A stretch of DNA of 64,000 bases, from positions 5,357 to 69,356 of the forward strand of contig JBAYXX010000006.1 in the NCBI GenBank assembly GCA_041673345.1. The letters run 5' to 3'. The stretch comes from Kiritimatiellia bacterium (GTDB lineage Bacteria > Verrucomicrobiota > Kiritimatiellia > RFP12 > UBA1067). How positions within the stretch are numbered: the first letter of the stretch is position 1; each line of letters opens with the position of its first letter. Shown piece after piece: positions 9,378-18,714 of the stretch. Under the pieces are notes generated by a model. It saw only the letters and a program-made list of their open reading frames with translations. It did no database searches and was not told where the DNA came from. The position numbers and the translations under genes were made by a program.

Positions 9378-9982
9378 AGGTCAGCTTTCCTTTCAATGGA
9401 GGGTGGGTAATTCATAATAAAAAACTACAATTGATCGTTATTATTGCATAAAGATGGATAGGTTGGAAAGGTTTAACGGGAAATTCTAAAGTTTGAGAGT
9501 GAAGAGTTGGCACCTCAGGCGCGGGAGCGAAAAGCGCGTGCCAATCGGTTGCATTACGAGCCGCAGCTGTAGGGCGCGGGCCTTGACCGCGCCAGCGAAC
9601 GAAAGTTTAGCGCAACACGAGCCGAAACGCTTGGCTATAGTCTATAAACGCGCCAACCGCGGTCACGGCCCGCGGCTACAGTGCTGCGCAAAAGCGTAGG
9701 TCCGGTTTCCAACCGGACCTACTGGAGTTTGGCTTCGCCATCGGTTGACGATAGCGGCGACGATGCTGGTCGACGAGCCCCCGCATGATCCCAATCGTCC
9801 ACCAACATCGCTTGCCACGCCGAACGACTGGAAGGCGGGCCGCACAGCATCGTCGGCCGATGCCGCTCAACGAGCGGCATATGTCGCTCGCAGAGCGACT
9901 ACTATATTAGAGTTAGACGATTCCGCAGATAGACAACTTTTTGGAAAGAACAATTAATTGTTTTTTCTAGTCGCCTAAGGGC
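9378..9982. repeat. Mosaic intergenic repeat block R5
   Basis: Module C at 9697-9722 and module A reversed at 9740-9900. gcagctgtagggcgcgggcc (9563-9595) and ccgcggtcacggcccgcggctacagtgctgcgca (9657-9692) recur at 57496-57530 and 57590-57625. gacaactttttggaaagaacaattaat at 9933-9958. Confidence 0.85.
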
Positions 9983-11305
9983 CTAAATGCAGCTTTCACC
10001 TGTCACCCCCCGACTGGCAAGAGCGCCGATAAGCACGGCCTTGTGCAGAGCTGGCTGGGCGGTAAGGTTGAAGTCGCAACGTTCACCACTGCTGATAGCG
10101 CGCAAAAAGCGTGCAGGCGCGGTGACAGAACGCGATGGTGGCACTGTGAGTGAGTTCCATAGAGCATGGCGCTCGAAATCGATCATGCGCGGCGAGCCAA
10201 TAAACCCCAGGTAGTGCTGCTGACAGGCCGTGCCAGCAACCAGCCAAGTGCCGCGCTCGCCGACCAGCAACACACCAGAGCCAGGCAAACGTCCCAAAGT
10301 GGCGCGCGCCTGTTGCAGAAGGTCATCGACTGGCAATGCGCCGCCGTCGTACCAGAAAAGCTCGACTCGGTCTCTCTGAATTGCAGAGTTGCAAACCCAG
10401 CGCAGAGTGGTGGATTGCGGATAGCTGACATCAGTACCGCCGCGGAAATTGAGTCGTGTAACGCTCTTAGGCACACTCAATTCAAGCGTGGCGAAAGGGA
10501 AGCTCAGCAACTGGCAGCCAGCATCCCCGAGCGTGCCGCCACCAAAGTCGCACCAACCACGCCAATTAAACTTATGATAGACAAAGCGCTTGTAGGGACG
10601 GGGCTGGGCACCTGCGAGCCACAGGTCCCAAGCCAGGCCAGCGGGCACGGGGTCGCTGCCACTAGGCGGCACCCCGCCCTGCGGCCAGATCGGTCCGTTG
10701 CTCCAGATGTGCACCTGCGAGATTTTGCCGATCACCCCAGTTGCCATCCCAGCCCGGCCGCGCAGTGCTGGCTCACAATCGATGTTCAACTCACCGCAGA
10801 AGAGATGGCGGCGGGCACGGTGTACCGCTCCCTCCAGAGTGGCCAGCTCCTGCAATGTGTGTGTAACTGGAGTTTCGAGATAGAGGTGGCAGCCTGCCTG
10901 CAAAGCACGCAGGGCCTGCATGGCATGGCCGTGGTCAGGGGTCGCGATCACGGCGCCATCCAGGGTGCCAAGGGTGTCGAACATAACCCGGTAATCCTGG
11001 AAGGTCTGCAGATCAGGAAATCGCGGGGCGAGCAGCTCACGGGCAGTGCTCAACTCGCGCTCATCTACATCACATATCGCAGCAATCAGCGCCCCTGACG
11101 CACTGAAATAACGCAGCAGAGGTGCGCCCGCACCGCCCACACCAACCAAAGCCAATCGCGGCGGCGCAGTAGACATGGGCGCAGCGAAAGCGCGGCGCAC
11201 AGGTTTTGTGCGAATAAGAGAGGCGCAGCCGCCAGTGGCGGCTGCGCCCGCGCTCGCAAGCGCTAATTTCATGAAATCGCGACGGTTGTTATTCTCGGTG
11301 TTCAT
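9983..11305 (-). CDS. Gfo/Idh/MocA-family oxidoreductase, TAT-exported
   Basis: 440 aa. NRRDFMKLALASAGAAATGG signal. LALVGVGGAG Rossmann start, ATPDHGH, and an ETPV (EKP-like) motif. Confidence 0.8.
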   Translation of the reverse strand: MNTENNNRRDFMKLALASAGAAATGGCASLIRTKPVRRAFAAPMSTAPPRLALVGVGGAGAPLLRYFSASGALIAAICDVDERELSTARELLAPRFPDLQTFQDYRVMFDTLGTLDGAVIATPDHGHAMQALRALQAGCHLYLETPVTHTLQELATLEGAVHRARRHLFCGELNIDCEPALRGRAGMATGVIGKISQVHIWSNGPIWPQGGVPPSGSDPVPAGLAWDLWLAGAQPRPYKRFVYHKFNWRGWCDFGGGTLGDAGCQLLSFPFATLELSVPKSVTRLNFRGGTDVSYPQSTTLRWVCNSAIQRDRVELFWYDGGALPVDDLLQQARATLGRLPGSGVLLVGERGTWLVAGTACQQHYLGFIGSPRMIDFERHALWNSLTVPPSRSVTAPARFLRAISSGERCDFNLTAQPALHKAVLIGALASRGVTGESCI

Positions 11306-11321
11306 AGCGGGAATGATACAG

Positions 11322-12011
11322 TTAAAGGCATTTCTCCAAGCGGTCTGCCTCAGCCAGCGAGCGGTTCATGTGATCGCGCTCATCAAGCCCCACACGGCGG
11401 ATGAGATCGCCGAGACTCTTCTGACGCGGGTAGTACTTAAACCAGATGGAATCGACCTCCAGCGTGTCAAACTCGGGATGTTCCTGCGCGAAGAGCATAT
11501 ACTCGTGTTCAGCATGCGATTCAAAGGCGGCGTTCATTCTGAATGACCAGATTGGCTTGATCCAGTACATGATGCGAGTTATGTAAAAGTAGACAAAGGT
11601 CATGTGACGCGGCAGCAGCCAGTGTTTAAACCAGTTAAGCTTGATCTGCTGCTGCTGGCAGAGATCAGCCCACAAAAGCATGTGCCACTGCTCATTGTCC
11701 TGCGCCTCGCGGCCCATCTCAATGTGACGCAGAGCGTCCTTGACTTTTTGTGGGTTACCCAGCTTGGTGGAGCAATGCCAGAGCGAGAGCAGCTTGTAGG
11801 CGCCGTTCTCCCAAGCCCAATAGGGATAGCGAGCCAGAATCTCCAGCACAAGCACCTTGGGCAGGGAGCGCCCCTTGCCATAGAGCAAGTCAAAGGTCAG
11901 GAACATGATCTTGAGGGGCAGGTTGGCTGGTAGGCGCGGAGTTGTCAGAGTTTTTTTCTGTTCGACTTTCAGATCCAGCTCTTTGCCCATGGTGTAGATG
12001 TCAGCAATCAT
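11322..12011 (-). CDS. Alternative-oxidase-like di-iron carboxylate protein (AOX/PTOX family)
   Basis: 229 aa with the four-helix E...ExxH...E...ExxH pattern: LEILARYP, EAQDNEQWHML, FESHAEHEY, LDERDHMNRS. Confidence 0.6.
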   Translation of the reverse strand: MIADIYTMGKELDLKVEQKKTLTTPRLPANLPLKIMFLTFDLLYGKGRSLPKVLVLEILARYPYWAWENGAYKLLSLWHCSTKLGNPQKVKDALRHIEMGREAQDNEQWHMLLWADLCQQQQIKLNWFKHWLLPRHMTFVYFYITRIMYWIKPIWSFRMNAAFESHAEHEYMLFAQEHPEFDTLEVDSIWFKYYPRQKSLGDLIRRVGLDERDHMNRSLAEADRLEKCL

Positions 12012-12043
12012 TGTGTGATCTCTCTAAATGCATAATTTTTTTA

Positions 12044-15000
12044 TCAAATCTCCATCTTATTCACTTTAATGCTTACTGGATGTCCGTTGAGATCAATGGG
12101 ATCGTTTTCAACTGCGGCAAACTCCAGCCTCTCGCAGAGTGTCTCGGATCGGATATACTCCTGATGCGCTTGGACTGCGGCAACCACGTCTGCGTCACCA
12201 TCGATTGTGAGCGCGATACGCTGCGTCACCTCAAACCCGGCATCCTTGCGCAACCCTTGCACTCGACTGACAAACTCGCGCGCCAGACCCTCTTCCACCA
12301 GCGCGGGCGTCAGGGCGGTCTCAATCCCTACCAGCACATCTCCATAGGATGCGACCACCATGCCTGGCTTGGGCGAACGTTGCACCACCACCTCGTGCGG
12401 TGCCAGCTCAACGCTTTGATCACCCGCCATGAAGGTTATCGAATCCCCGGCGGCCAGCATGGCGGCATCCTGCGAAGCGAGCGCGGCAATTGCGGCTGCC
12501 ACCTGCTTCATCCCTTTGCCAAAACGCGGACCAAGCGCGCGGAAATCGGCCTTGACCGAAACTTCGGCCATGGCGGTCTCATCGCTACCATAAACCACAC
12601 GCTTGATATTAAGTTCATCTGTAATCAGATCCTCGTAGCCATCCAGCAGCGCTTTAATCTCAGAGTTGGAGGAGACCACATGCATGGTCGCGAGCGGCTG
12701 ACGCACCTTGAGGTCATTCTCCAGCCGCAACTGACGGCCCAGGCGCACAACGCTCTGCACTAGCTCCATGCTGCGCTCCAGCTTTTCATCGCGCGCCGCG
12801 CTGTTGGCCAGCGGAAAATCACAGAGATGCACTGATTCCGGCATCCCTTCACCCTTGAGATTGCGGTAGATGCTCTCGCTGATAAAGGGGGTGAAAGGCG
12901 CGGCCACCTTGCTCAGCTGCACCAGGACATAGCGCAGGGTGCGATAGGCGTGCATTTTGTCGTCGTCATTCTGCGACTTCCAGAAGCGGCGGCGACTGCG
13001 CCGAATATACCAGTTGGTCAGATCCTCGACAAAGTTGACAAAGGGGCGCACTGAACGCTGCAGATCATAGAGATCCATGGCGTCCGTGACCTCGGCAATC
13101 AGCGTCTCCAGCGAGCTGACAATCCAGCGGTCCAGCACATTATCGCCTGAGGGGCGCGACATAACACTCTCTTCAAAGCCGTCCACATTGGCGTAGGTAA
13201 CAAAGAAGCTGTAGGCATTCCACCATGGAATCAAGAGTTCGCGCAGAATCTGCTTGACCCCGCTCTCCGAAAAACGCAGGTTTTCCGCGCGCACCACGGG
13301 CGAGTAGACCATATACAGGCGCAGGGCATCCGCGCCATACTCTTCCAGAATATGGATCGGATCAGGGTAGTTCTTAAGACGTTTGGACATTTTCTTGCCG
13401 TCCTCCGCCAGAACCATGCCGTTCACAACCACGTTTTTAAAGGGCGACTTGTCAAAGAGACAGGTTCCCAAGATCATCAGCGTATAAAACCAGCCGCGGG
13501 TCTGATCAAGCCCCTCGGCAATGAAATCAGCGGGAAAGAAACTTGATTCATCGCCCTCGCGCTTGAAAGGGTAGTGCTGCTGGGCATAGGGCATGGCGCC
13601 TGACTCAAACCAGCAGTCCAGCACCTCCGGGGTGCGGTAGTAGCGCTTACCATCACGCTGGATGACAATCTTATCCACAAAGTGTTTGTGTAAATCCGTG
13701 GCGCGTACCCCCGAAAGCTGCTCCAGCTCCTCGACTGAACCCACACAGATCATATCAGATGGATCATCCTCGTTGATCCAGATCGGAATACAGGAGCCCC
13801 AGAAACGGTTGCGGCTGATATTCCAGTCGCGCGCATCCTTGAGCCAGTTACCAAAACGCTTTTCGCCCACATAGGGCGGCATCCAGTGTACACGATCATT
13901 ATTCGCCACCAGCCGGTCGTGCAGATCCTCAACCTTCACATACCAGGCCTCAATGGCGCGGTAGATCAACGGCGTGTCAGTGCGGTCGCAAAAGGGATAG
14001 CTATGCACAATCGTCGACTGATGAATCAGCTTCTTCTGATCTTTCAGCCAGCGGATCAGATCTTTATCGCAATCCTTGCAAAAACGCCCGGCATACTCCG
14101 GCAGCTGAACAGTGAAGTTGCAGGAGGAGTCCAGCGGATCAGCAATCAGCTCCAACCCGCCCTCGCGGCAGACCCTGAAATCATCCTCACCATAAGCAGG
14201 TGCCATATGCACCAAACCCGTGCCGTCCTCGGTGCTGACAAATCCGTCATTCAAAACCTGAAACGCGCCGTCCTTTGCATACTTAGCAAAATGAGGGAAG
14301 ATCGGCTCATAATGCCACCCCTTGAGGTCAATGCCTTTGAGCTGCGCCACGACCTCGCAGCCAGCGCCATCCTTATAATAAACATCCAACCGGTCAGCGG
14401 CGATCACATAGCAGTGCCCCTCCTCCAAGTCGCGAACCACAACATATTCGATCTCCGGGCCAGCGCAGATCCCAAGGTTCCCGGGCAGGGTCCAGGGCGT
14501 GGTGGTCCAAATCAGGAGAAAGGTATCACCCCAGGCCGGGTCAGCACCGCTCAACACCTTAGCCCCGACCGTGATTGCAGGATCCTGCACATCCTTATAG
14601 TTATTGCCCGCCTCAAAGTTACTCAAAGGCGTGCTCAGCATCCAACTGTAGGGCATAATCCGATAGGATTTATAGACGCGTCCCTGATTCCAGAGCTGCT
14701 TGAAGACCCACCAGATACTCTCCATATAGTCGGTATCCATGGTTTTATAGTCGTTGTCAAAATCCACCCAGCGCCCCATGCGGGTAACGGTTCTGCGCCA
14801 CTCGGAGACATAGGTCAGCACCATCGAGCGGCACTGCTCGTTAAACTTATCGATTCCCAGCTCATTGATCTCATAGGCACCGCTGATGCCCAGTGCCTCC
14901 TGCGCCAGCGCTTCAATCGGCAGACCATGACAGTCCCAGCCGAAGCGGCGTTCAACGTGGTATCCGCGCATGGTCTCGTAGCGAGGAACAATATCCTTGA

Positions 15001-15190
15001 TCGTGCCGGCCAGCAGGTGGCCGTAGTGCGGCAGGCCAGTGGCGAATGGAGGGCCGTCGTAGAAAACATACGGCTTGGCATCCGCATTGCGCTCCAGGCT
15101 TTTCTTAAAAGTGTCATTCTTCTCCCAGAAATTCAGAACATCTTGTTCCATGGCGGGAAAATTGGTTTTATTTGAAACTGGCTGATACAT
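12044..15190 (-). CDS. ileS: Isoleucine--tRNA ligase (type 2 architecture)
   Basis: HYGH (HIGH) and KMSKR motifs. About 1050 aa with no C-terminal CxxC zinc knuckles. I prefer ATG 15190 (purine-rich agagag upstream) over the track GTG at 15214. Confidence 0.95.
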   Translation of the reverse strand: MYQPVSNKTNFPAMEQDVLNFWEKNDTFKKSLERNADAKPYVFYDGPPFATGLPHYGHLLAGTIKDIVPRYETMRGYHVERRFGWDCHGLPIEALAQEALGISGAYEINELGIDKFNEQCRSMVLTYVSEWRRTVTRMGRWVDFDNDYKTMDTDYMESIWWVFKQLWNQGRVYKSYRIMPYSWMLSTPLSNFEAGNNYKDVQDPAITVGAKVLSGADPAWGDTFLLIWTTTPWTLPGNLGICAGPEIEYVVVRDLEEGHCYVIAADRLDVYYKDGAGCEVVAQLKGIDLKGWHYEPIFPHFAKYAKDGAFQVLNDGFVSTEDGTGLVHMAPAYGEDDFRVCREGGLELIADPLDSSCNFTVQLPEYAGRFCKDCDKDLIRWLKDQKKLIHQSTIVHSYPFCDRTDTPLIYRAIEAWYVKVEDLHDRLVANNDRVHWMPPYVGEKRFGNWLKDARDWNISRNRFWGSCIPIWINEDDPSDMICVGSVEELEQLSGVRATDLHKHFVDKIVIQRDGKRYYRTPEVLDCWFESGAMPYAQQHYPFKREGDESSFFPADFIAEGLDQTRGWFYTLMILGTCLFDKSPFKNVVVNGMVLAEDGKKMSKRLKNYPDPIHILEEYGADALRLYMVYSPVVRAENLRFSESGVKQILRELLIPWWNAYSFFVTYANVDGFEESVMSRPSGDNVLDRWIVSSLETLIAEVTDAMDLYDLQRSVRPFVNFVEDLTNWYIRRSRRRFWKSQNDDDKMHAYRTLRYVLVQLSKVAAPFTPFISESIYRNLKGEGMPESVHLCDFPLANSAARDEKLERSMELVQSVVRLGRQLRLENDLKVRQPLATMHVVSSNSEIKALLDGYEDLITDELNIKRVVYGSDETAMAEVSVKADFRALGPRFGKGMKQVAAAIAALASQDAAMLAAGDSITFMAGDQSVELAPHEVVVQRSPKPGMVVASYGDVLVGIETALTPALVEEGLAREFVSRVQGLRKDAGFEVTQRIALTIDGDADVVAAVQAHQEYIRSETLCERLEFAAVENDPIDLNGHPVSIKVNKMEI

Positions 15191-15343
15191 GGCAACGATC
15201 TCTCTTTTAGGCACAAATTATCTAAATTGAATTATTCATTATACAAAAAAACTGTGCTGTTCCGCAAGAGCGAGGGAATGTTTCTCAACGGGCTTCAATA
15301 TGGGCAACAGCGAAGAATCTGTGGAACAGGATTAGGATTAAGA

Positions 15344-16087
15344 CTAATCTTTAGGCTCCTTGCCGCCATTGGCTGCTGCCCACTGACCCTGTCGCGCCAC
15401 GCCCATGAGGATCGAGACATCATCATCTGAATAAACGCCACGGGAAAAAATCCGCTGAATGCCCTGCATCATGTGGTCAGCTTTGTCCTCTTTCATAAAT
15501 CCAATCTCCAACAGCATGTTGCGCCACATATCAGTCAGCTGAAGCTTACGGGCGGCAACTGCCGGATCAGATTTCTCAATCGGCGGCTGATACTCTCCGG
15601 TTGCACTGAAAAGCTCGTAGGCGCAAAGCAGCACCGCCTGGGAGAGGTTAATAGACTCATAGCCAGTATCGACAGGAATGCGCAGCAGATGGGTGCAGCA
15701 GGCGATCTCCTCGTTGGTCAGCCCTTTATCTTCACGTCCGAAGGCCACCGCGACTTTACCATGCGCAGCCATCTCCAGCAGCGCGGGAGCCAACTCGCGC
15801 GGCGTCTTGACATGCTGACGGTACAACCCACTGCGGACGGTTGTACCCACGACCACCGCGCACTCAGCCACCGCATCGCGAAAGCTGCTGAACTCCACCC
15901 GGTTGCGCAGCACATCCTGCGCATGCACCGCGAATCTCTCCGCCAGCTCCCAGTCACCATCCAGGTTCGGCGCAGCCAGAGCCAGGTTTTTCAGCCCCAT
16001 ATTAGCCATTGCCCGGCATACCTGACCGAGATTCCCGCAGTAAAGCGTTCCAACCAGCACAATCTTAATGTTATCTAATACACTCAT
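15344..16087 (-). CDS. trmJ: SpoU/TrmH-class RNA 2'-O-methyltransferase (TrmJ-like)
   Basis: IKIVLVGTLYCGNLGQVCRAMANMG start and LRIPV..SINLSQAV knot region. Internal ATG 16087 gives a typical N-terminus. Confidence 0.75.
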   Translation of the reverse strand: MSVLDNIKIVLVGTLYCGNLGQVCRAMANMGLKNLALAAPNLDGDWELAERFAVHAQDVLRNRVEFSSFRDAVAECAVVVGTTVRSGLYRQHVKTPRELAPALLEMAAHGKVAVAFGREDKGLTNEEIACCTHLLRIPVDTGYESINLSQAVLLCAYELFSATGEYQPPIEKSDPAVAARKLQLTDMWRNMLLEIGFMKEDKADHMMQGIQRIFSRGVYSDDDVSILMGVARQGQWAAANGGKEPKD

Positions 16088-16134
16088 CTTCCAAAACCCA
16101 AAATCTGTAATATGAAATCCAAAACCCAAAATAT

Positions 16135-17304
16135 TTACCCCTGGCTTCCCCGTTTGATCGAGTTCTTACCCAATTTATCACGTATCAGGTCAACAGTACG
16201 ACTTAAACACTCATGTTTCTCGCGCTTTTTTTCCTCATCATCAAAGAGCGAGAGTTGCTCAACCCGGCTTGTGGTCAGGTTTGTGACACCCACTCCAATC
16301 AGCCGTACTGGCTCGGAGATGGTCAGGTTATCAAAAAGTCCCAGGGCCAGCTCCCGTATCGAGAAATCATCATAAACCGCACTCTTGAACTGCGCCTGCC
16401 GCGTGATGGTGGTGAAATCTGACCAGCGGATCTTGATTCGACCCACAGAGGCCATGTAGCCTTGCGCCCGCAAACGGGAGCCAACATCATCGCAAAGATC
16501 CTTTAGGACAGCACAAAGCACCTCAAGCTCCAGAACATCCTCTAAAAAGGTATGCTCGCGTGAGATGCTCTTCTCTGGCACCGCTGATTCAACCTCACGT
16601 AAATCACGCCCAAAAGCCAGATTAAGCAGGTGTGCCGTAAAATTATCGCCCAACAAATGGATCAGGTGGTCAGGATTGGCTCGCTGCAGATCAACGACTT
16701 TAAAGAATCCGGCTTGCTCCAGCTTTCTGCGTGTGACACCACCAACCCCCCACAGCTCCCCTACCGAGAGCTTGCCTAAGAATTCGATTATTTTCTGGCC
16801 GCTCTCCGGCATCATGAAAATATTATCGGGCTTCGCTTTTTCGCACCCCAGCTTGGCTAAAAATTTATTGGCAGCAATACCAATTGAGGCATTCAGCCCC
16901 ACCTCGCCTTTGATGTCGGCCCTGATTTTGGTGGCAATCTCCAGTGGTGTGCCGAACAAACGCAGGACACCAGAGATATCCAGAAAAGCCTCATCCACCG
17001 AGAGCGGCTCAACCAGCGGCGTGTAGTGACTGAAAATCGAAAAGACCTGATCCGACGCTGCTTGATAGCGACTCATATCAGGTCTGACGAATATTCCATC
17101 CGGGCACCTCCGCCAGGCTTCACGCGAGGGCATGGCGGAGCGCACCCCGTATTTCCGAGCTTCGTAGGAACAGGTGGAAACAACACCACGCTGATCCGGC
17201 GGGGAACCTACAATCACCGGCTTGCCCCGCCACTCTGGATGGTCACGCTGCTCGACTGCCGCAAAAAAGGCATCCATGTCAACATGTAATATCGAGCGTT
17301 TCAT
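16135..17304 (-). CDS. dinB: DNA polymerase IV (Y-family)
   Basis: ILHVDMDAFFAAVEQRD, SVDEAFLDISG, 389 aa. Confidence 0.9.
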   Translation of the reverse strand: MKRSILHVDMDAFFAAVEQRDHPEWRGKPVIVGSPPDQRGVVSTCSYEARKYGVRSAMPSREAWRRCPDGIFVRPDMSRYQAASDQVFSIFSHYTPLVEPLSVDEAFLDISGVLRLFGTPLEIATKIRADIKGEVGLNASIGIAANKFLAKLGCEKAKPDNIFMMPESGQKIIEFLGKLSVGELWGVGGVTRRKLEQAGFFKVVDLQRANPDHLIHLLGDNFTAHLLNLAFGRDLREVESAVPEKSISREHTFLEDVLELEVLCAVLKDLCDDVGSRLRAQGYMASVGRIKIRWSDFTTITRQAQFKSAVYDDFSIRELALGLFDNLTISEPVRLIGVGVTNLTTSRVEQLSLFDDEEKKREKHECLSRTVDLIRDKLGKNSIKRGSQG

Positions 17305-18045
17305 AATCTACCATAGTCTGTCGAGGCTTGGGCGCATTTGCGCCGGCCGCTTGACCTGCAAGCTTCATCAAAGTTGAAACTGTAGAGTTGGCGGCACCTG
17401 TCCGGCGTAGTTCCGCCATGCCGCGGCGTAGCGGCGTAGCCCCGCTTGCAGGCGAAGCCGGGTTGCGCGCGAAGCTAGACTGCGGGACGAAGGCGGATGA
17501 GCCAAACAAAGATTATGAAAACCCATGGTGCGCCTTTGACGAACAGCCAGCCGGTGTTCGCTAATTGCTTCAGAGAAGCAACCCTACACCCTTGTAGGTG
17601 CTTTTCACATGCCTGTTGCAAAATGCCGCTCACAGAGCGGCTACTACACCGAACGATAATCCTTGCATTCCGCAGTGTACCGCATGTGTAGTAGTCGCTC
17701 TATGAGCGACATCGGCCGACGATGCTGTGCGACGATGCTGGTGGACGATTGGGATCATGCGAGATCATGCGGGAACTCGTCCGCCAACATCGTCGCCGCT
17801 ATCGTCAATCAAAGGCGCAGCTGACCTTTGTAGGTCCGGTTTCCAACCGGACGTGTCCGATTGGAAATCGGACCTACGTTTTTGTGCAAGACAAACATGT
17901 TGGTACTTAAAAACATGTTGTCGGGGACCAATCTTAATCTTAGTCTTAATCCCAATCCTTATCTATCCATCCATCCTAGATCAACGTTTTTTGATTAGGA
18001 TTATGATTAAGATTGTGATTAAGAACCCTAAGTGCGGATCTAGAT
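17305..18045. repeat. Mosaic intergenic repeat block R6 (near full-length composite: modules K, B, A, C and a GATTNN hairpin)
   Basis: 17305-17880 is colinear with the reverse complement of 41164-41670, with indels. Hexamer hairpin arms at 17929-17963 and 17993-18023. Confidence 0.9.
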
Positions 18046-18615
18046 CTACTCTGTTGGCTGAGTCTTCTTGGGTTGCGGCGCGGTGTAGCCTTTGAGGGTG
18101 CTCTTGACTGGTTTTGGCGCAAGCAAGCATCCCAGAACACGCCCCATAATCCGCGGAGCCTGCTCCACGACGACCTCTTCGCCAAGCTTCTCGATCACAC
18201 CTTTGACCACCTCCATGCCCAATTCTTTATGGGCATTTTCCCGTCCGCGATACTGGAGCGTCAGCTTGACTTTATGCCCCTCTTCAAGGAAAGACCTGAT
18301 TTGGCGTATTTTTGTTTCAAGGTCATTTGTGTCAACACTGGCATGGAATTTTATCTCCTTTACCAGAGTTATTTTCTGATTCTTGCGGGCCAGCTTACGC
18401 TTCATTCCCTCTTCATAGCGGAATTTGCCATAATCCATAATTTTACAAACTGGGGGATCTGCGTTTGGTGAAACCTCTACTAAATCGAGTCCCTTCGCTT
18501 GAGCGCCACGCTGTGCTTCACGTGTCTGCATAACGCCCAGCATCTCACCATTTTCATCGATGACGCGAACCTTAGGAACTCTAATTTTAAAATTTACCCG
18601 TGTGTATGATGCGAT
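18046..18615 (-). CDS. infC: Translation initiation factor IF-3, starting at a non-canonical ATC codon
   Basis: The track ORF starts at an internal Met. The reading frame stays open upstream and encodes IASYTRVNFKIRVPKVRVIDENGEMLGV, a typical IF-3 N-domain. ATC at 18615-18613 lies 6 nt after ggagg. Confidence 0.85.
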   Translation of the reverse strand: MASYTRVNFKIRVPKVRVIDENGEMLGVMQTREAQRGAQAKGLDLVEVSPNADPPVCKIMDYGKFRYEEGMKRKLARKNQKITLVKEIKFHASVDTNDLETKIRQIRSFLEEGHKVKLTLQYRGRENAHKELGMEVVKGVIEKLGEEVVVEQAPRIMGRVLGCLLAPKPVKSTLKGYTAPQPKKTQPTE

Positions 18616-18714
18616 AAAACACCTCCTATGTTAGCCGCCTAAGCAGCTTCGTTCTTACTCTTTTTGCCATAATCTCTAACACTCGTTAGAGACAAAAATT
18701 ATTTGCAACCCCTG

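Noticed and set aside
13886-15175. 429-aa plus-strand ORF inside ileS. Similar long antisense ORFs occur at 33031-34326 inside nrdD, 10166-11098 inside the Gfo/Idh/MocA gene, 60577-61383 opposite the PP2C gene, and 8228-8800.
   Set aside because: Each lies entirely within, and antisense to, a gene with strong family motifs. They have no recognisable motifs or ribosome-binding sites, and their composition is typical of shadow ORFs.
17497-17691. An apparently conserved mini-ORF in module B (MSQ[ST]KIMK.. in the copies at 1816, 17497, 35070, 41530 and 57065), and the recurring RRCWWTIGIMR peptide in module A.
   Set aside because: The ATG sits in the loop of the ttggctc-ata-gagccaa palindrome. 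The copy near 1770 hits a stop after 16 codons, other copies diverge by indels after ~16 codons, and conservation is as strong on the non-coding strand. This is repeat DNA, not a gene family.
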